In this document: in pieces, positions 48,019 through 51,551 of the stretch
Numbering within the stretch: the stretch's first letter is position 1
Layout: each line of letters starts with the position of its first letter
Assembly (NCBI GenBank): GCA_051006495.1
Contig: JBPCTE010000064.1
Span: 1-51,551 of the forward strand
Direction: 5' to 3'
DNA from: Candidatus Planktophila sp.
Lineage (GTDB): Bacteria; Actinomycetota; Actinomycetes; Nanopelagicales; Nanopelagicaceae
Length of the DNA: 51,551 nt
Made by a program: the position numbers and the translations under genes
Notes under the pieces: model-generated
What the model saw: the letters and a program-made list of their open reading frames with translations, nothing else
Database searches by the model: none
Told to the model about the DNA's origin: nothing

Positions 48019-48252
48019 ATGTCAGTACAGGCTTATATTTTGATTCAAACTGAAGTTGGAAAAGCTTCTAGCGTTGCTTCCGCTGTATCTGCAATTTCGG
48101 GAGTCACACTCGCAGAAGGAGTTACTGGTCCATACGATGTAATCATGAGAGCTGAAGCACCAAGCATGGAAGATTTTGGTCGAATGATTTTGTCTAAAGT
48201 ACAGGGTGTTCCTGGCATCACAAGAACATTAACTTGCCCAGTTACTTACTAG
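48019..48252 (+). CDS. Stand-alone Lrp/AsnC ligand-binding domain protein
   Basis: VQAYILIQTEVGKA...VTGPYDVI...GITRTLTCPV; no HTH; conserved thiL/ddl neighbour. Confidence 0.88.
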   Translation: MSVQAYILIQTEVGKASSVASAVSAISGVTLAEGVTGPYDVIMRAEAPSMEDFGRMILSKVQGVPGITRTLTCPVTY

Positions 48253-49319
48253 TTTTCTAGAACTCCATTAGTTCGTAGCAACGCTGTTTTAATCAACTCT
48301 TCAATAACGCTTTCGTAGTTCTTTCCTGTTGCTGCCCACATCTTTGGAAAAACAGATGTCGCTGTAAATCCAGGCATCGTATTGAGCTCATTTATAAATA
48401 TTTCCCCACTTGTGGAATAGAAAAAGTCCACTCGAGCGAGTCCCGAACAACCAAGGGCTTTAAACGCGTTGATCGCTTGCTTGCGAATTTCTTCAGCAAC
48501 ATCACTTGGAATTAGCGCTGGTAATTCAATTTTTGTTGCACCATCTAAATACTTCGCCTGAAAATCATAGAATTCGAACTTTGGATCAATTGAAATTGAA
48601 CCAACAATGGAGGCTTCAGGAATTCCGTTTATCTCAAGAACAGCGCATTCAACTTCTAGGCCGTGAATTGCTTTCTCGACTAACGCTTTAGTATCAAAAA
48701 GGTGGGCTTCTTCTATGGCGGCCGCAAAATCATTAGCAGATTTAACCTTTGTTGTTCCACGGCTTGAGCCGCCGCGGGCGGGTTTTACGAAGATTGGAAA
48801 TTGTAATTCTGCTGCTCTTTTTTCATAATCAGCACGTTTGGAACTCCACTCACTTTTCTTTACAACAAATCCAGGCACAACTGCCATCTCCTGAGAGGCA
48901 AAAATTGGTTTAGCAAATGATTTGTCCATCGCTACTGCGCTTGCAAGAACCCCACTTCCAACGTAGGCAATGTTGGCCATTTCGCAGAATCCTTGAATGG
49001 TTCCATCTTCACCAAAAGGTCCATGCAACAATGGAAAAATTACATCTACTTTAAGTGCCTTGTTGTTAACACTTAAACCATGAATATCGGCAACTACTGA
49101 TGGAGCATCTAATGGAACTTCTGGTAGCACTCCCCCGCGAATTTGCAGTGGGAAATCATTGGAAACATGTACCCACCTGCCATCACGAGTTATTCCTATA
49201 AGTACAGCTTCGTAACGAGATTTATCCAGAGCTTCTAAAACGCCGCCAGCTGATACACAAGAAATCTCATGTTCACTTGATCGTCCACCGAAAATAATGG
49301 CAATTACTTTTTTGCTCAT
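48249..49319 (-). CDS. ddl: D-alanine--D-alanine ligase
   Basis: GGRSSEHEIS, LHGPFGEDG, FVKPARGGSS.G, FYDFQAKY and NELNTMPGFT. Confidence 0.97.
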   Translation of the reverse strand: MSKKVIAIIFGGRSSEHEISCVSAGGVLEALDKSRYEAVLIGITRDGRWVHVSNDFPLQIRGGVLPEVPLDAPSVVADIHGLSVNNKALKVDVIFPLLHGPFGEDGTIQGFCEMANIAYVGSGVLASAVAMDKSFAKPIFASQEMAVVPGFVVKKSEWSSKRADYEKRAAELQFPIFVKPARGGSSRGTTKVKSANDFAAAIEEAHLFDTKALVEKAIHGLEVECAVLEINGIPEASIVGSISIDPKFEFYDFQAKYLDGATKIELPALIPSDVAEEIRKQAINAFKALGCSGLARVDFFYSTSGEIFINELNTMPGFTATSVFPKMWAATGKNYESVIEELIKTALLRTNGVLEN

Positions 49320-50317
49320 CGAATAAAGTTTTCTGCCTTAGTCGTAATTGACATAAGTCTTTCAAGAGCTTGTGTTGGAGTCATAGTTCCGGCAACAACA
49401 TCTGCAACGGCTTCGATCACTGGCACTTCAACCCCAACTCTGTGCGCTATTTCAACAACTGCACTGGAAGAGGCTACGCCCTCCACGGTTTTTGCCACAT
49501 GCGTACGCGCTTCATTCATAGAGCCTGTGCGCCCAAGAACTTCACCAAATGTTCTATTTCGAGATAGAGCTGATCCGCAGCTTGCAACGAGATCGCCCAT
49601 ACCAGCTAAACCTGCGGCGCTCAGTGGATCTGCTCCGTGTGCCGCACCGATTCGAGCCACTTCATTTAGACCCCGAGTAATTAACATCGCCTGAGTATTT
49701 TCTCCAAAACCCATACCGATAGACATTCCAACAGCTAACGCGATGATGCTCTTAATCGCACCGGCTAATTCGCAGCCAACAACATCGGTTGATGTGTACA
49801 CACGATAATACGGAGTTGAAAATAAACTTTGAACTCGCGTTGCAATCTCTGATGTTGGCGCAGCCGCTACAGCGCCGGCGGGTTGTCTGAGAATTAGTTC
49901 ATCGGCCAAATTCGGACCAGTAATAAGTGCAAAATTTGAAGTACCTAAGATTTCAATGATGACTTCAGTCATGCGAAGTTCCGTGGAGAGTTCGATGCCT
50001 TTTAACGTACTAACTATCAAGGCATCAGGTGAAAATAGCGGTTTCCAATCTGTGAGAGCGCTTCTCAAACTCTGTGCCGGAATTGCCAGAACAATGTTGG
50101 ATGAATGTGCAATTGCATCTTTAATTTGATCGGTGGCTCTAAGTTGTGCAGGCAAAATATGTTGCCCCAAATACTTTTTATTCGTGTTCGAGATATTTAT
50201 CTCGTTGACCAAGTCGGCGCTGCGACCCCATAACAAAACCTCATTTCCGCAATCTGCCAAAACTTGAGCCATGGTTGTGCCCCATGCACCTGCGCCTAAA
50301 ACTGTAACTTTACTCAT
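49316..50317 (-). CDS. gpsA: NAD(P)H-dependent glycerol-3-phosphate dehydrogenase
   Basis: GAGAWGT, KGIE, GPNLA.E, GLAGMGDL, SRNR and VEGV. Confidence 0.96.
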   Translation of the reverse strand: MSKVTVLGAGAWGTTMAQVLADCGNEVLLWGRSADLVNEINISNTNKKYLGQHILPAQLRATDQIKDAIAHSSNIVLAIPAQSLRSALTDWKPLFSPDALIVSTLKGIELSTELRMTEVIIEILGTSNFALITGPNLADELILRQPAGAVAAAPTSEIATRVQSLFSTPYYRVYTSTDVVGCELAGAIKSIIALAVGMSIGMGFGENTQAMLITRGLNEVARIGAAHGADPLSAAGLAGMGDLVASCGSALSRNRTFGEVLGRTGSMNEARTHVAKTVEGVASSSAVVEIAHRVGVEVPVIEAVADVVAGTMTPTQALERLMSITTKAENFIR

Positions 50318-51093
50318 GTTCGTTTTTTCTTAAAGTTTCCTGTGCGAGGCAAATCTGATTTGTGCGGATCAAATATATTCACGGGTCTTTTTTCTCCACG
50401 TATATCTTCAAGCATAGTTGTCATCACATCCATGATGTGAGCAGTCGCTTCCGCAAGGGCTGCTGGATCATCTTGTTTTCCATACCAAGGCGACATATCA
50501 ATTGCTTTTCCCGCGCGAAGTGTAATTTTTGAGCGTCGCCAGATTCGTGGAATTTTATTGTATGGCGGCAATACATCGCCTATACCCCAAGCAGCGACAG
50601 GAACTATTGGCAATTGAGTAATAATTGCAAGGCGAGCAGCACCAGTTTTCGCAACCATCGGCCACAAATTCTCATCACGGGTTAATGTGCCTTCAGGATA
50701 AATACCAATTAAATGCCCAGCCTTAAGTGCGGCAACTGCATGATCTAGTGCTTTGCTGGCTTGAGTTGTTTCTCTGTCTACCGGAATTTGTCCTGCCGCT
50801 AAGAGAATGCGCCCAACTATTGGAACATCAAAGACAGAACGTTTGCCTATAAAACGTGGCGCCCTTCCATTTTGAAATAGAAACTGCGCAAAGAAGAGAA
50901 CATCTGCATATGAAAGGTGATTACTGATAACAATTGCAGGACCGCTCTGAGGAATGTTTTCTTTGCCTTGCCACGTGCGTTTCGTGATCGCATTTAACAA
51001 CGGAATCAGTACTGCGGCACAGAAATTAAAGGTGGGATTAGTGCCGAGGGGTTTGCCAGTAGGCGCAGCATAAGTAATCTGCTCGCTTTGCAT
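50314..51093 (-). CDS. plsC: Lysophospholipid (1-acyl-sn-glycerol-3-phosphate) acyltransferase
   Basis: NHLSYAD (HX4D), IYPEGT and KTGAARLA. Confidence 0.9.
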   Translation of the reverse strand: MQSEQITYAAPTGKPLGTNPTFNFCAAVLIPLLNAITKRTWQGKENIPQSGPAIVISNHLSYADVLFFAQFLFQNGRAPRFIGKRSVFDVPIVGRILLAAGQIPVDRETTQASKALDHAVAALKAGHLIGIYPEGTLTRDENLWPMVAKTGAARLAIITQLPIVPVAAWGIGDVLPPYNKIPRIWRRSKITLRAGKAIDMSPWYGKQDDPAALAEATAHIMDVMTTMLEDIRGEKRPVNIFDPHKSDLPRTGNFKKKRT

Positions 51094-51110
51094 GGTGCCT
51101 AATCTAATAG

Positions 51111-51151
51111 CAAAAGCGCGGTCCCACCGAGTTGGTGAGCCCGCGCTTTTG
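51111..51151 (-). terminator. Intrinsic terminator after the HU gene
   Basis: CAAAAGCGCGG..CACC-gagtt-GGTG..CCGCGCTTTTG long hairpin just past the HU stop. Confidence 0.8.
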
Positions 51152-51163
51152 TAAAAAAGCTAA

Positions 51164-51551
51164 TTACTTACGCTTCTTTGCCTTTTTGGTTGACTTCTTA
51201 CTTACTTTCTTGGCGCTCTTCTTAGCCTTCTTTGGAGCTGCCTTCTTTGCAGACTTCTTAGCTGCCTTCTTTGGAGCAGCTTTGGCTACTGCCTTTGGCT
51301 CGATTTTTGGAGCTGGTCCAAGTTTGCGTTCGCCAGAGATAACTTCCTTGAGTCCTTTTGCAGGTAGGAAGCGAGCTTTCTTTGAAGCCTTAATTTTGAT
51401 TGTTTCGCCAGTAAATGGGTTACGTCCCATACGTGCTTTACGATCAACTTTCTTAAACTTTCCAAAATCATTGATCATGACATCTTCGCCACGTGACATT
51501 GCACGAACGATTGTGTCAAAAACAACGTCTACAGCGTGAGCTGCTTCCTTC
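51164..51551 (-). CDS. hup: HU family DNA-binding protein with Lys/Ala-rich tail (5' end beyond the window)
   Basis: The frame is open to the window edge: KEAAHAVDVVFDTIVRAMSRGEDV..DFGKF....RKARMGRNPFTGETIKI, followed by PKKAAKK repeats. Confidence 0.93.
   Translation of the reverse strand, partial: KEAAHAVDVVFDTIVRAMSRGEDVMINDFGKFKKVDRKARMGRNPFTGETIKIKASKKARFLPAKGLKEVISGERKLGPAPKIEPKAVAKAAPKKAAKKSAKKAAPKKAKKSAKKVSKKSTKKAKKRK

Overview
A gene-dense, low-GC (roughly low-to-mid 40s % by eye) actinobacterial chromosome segment. Protein content, gene order and very short intergenic spaces point to a streamlined freshwater actinobacterium such as acI/Ca. Nanopelagicales; this is an inference and no database search was run. 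About 50 genes, almost all core: PimB-like glycosyltransferase, NlpC/P60, rnd, FTR1/EfeU, fadA-fadB, dxs, acnA, RlmD-like methyltransferase, two TrkA, dut, hflX-dapF-miaA-miaB, a GlnA4-type gamma-glutamylation cluster, acyl-ACP desaturase, rpsP-khpA-rimM-trmD, ffh, glnK-amt, ftsY, smc, rnc-rpmF-yceD-sepIVA-coaD-rsmD-recG, rpmB, thiL, ddl-gpsA-plsC and HU. I saw no mobile element, CRISPR array, rRNA, tRNA or defence system, and I cannot support a wholly new multi-gene system. The best signals are regulatory or architectural: (1) RNase III apparently starts at CTG; (2) a multi-hairpin leader precedes the amine permease of a GlnA4 cluster whose usual hydrolase may be replaced by flanking amidotransferases; (3) a PafBC/RecA-NDp-type promoter drives a tiny Cys-rich protein; (4) a perfect 20-bp palindrome sits upstream of acnA; (5) the same 11-mer occurs upstream of fadA and the desaturase; (6) leaderless promoter geometry is pervasive; (7) rpsP and rpmF have structured leaders.
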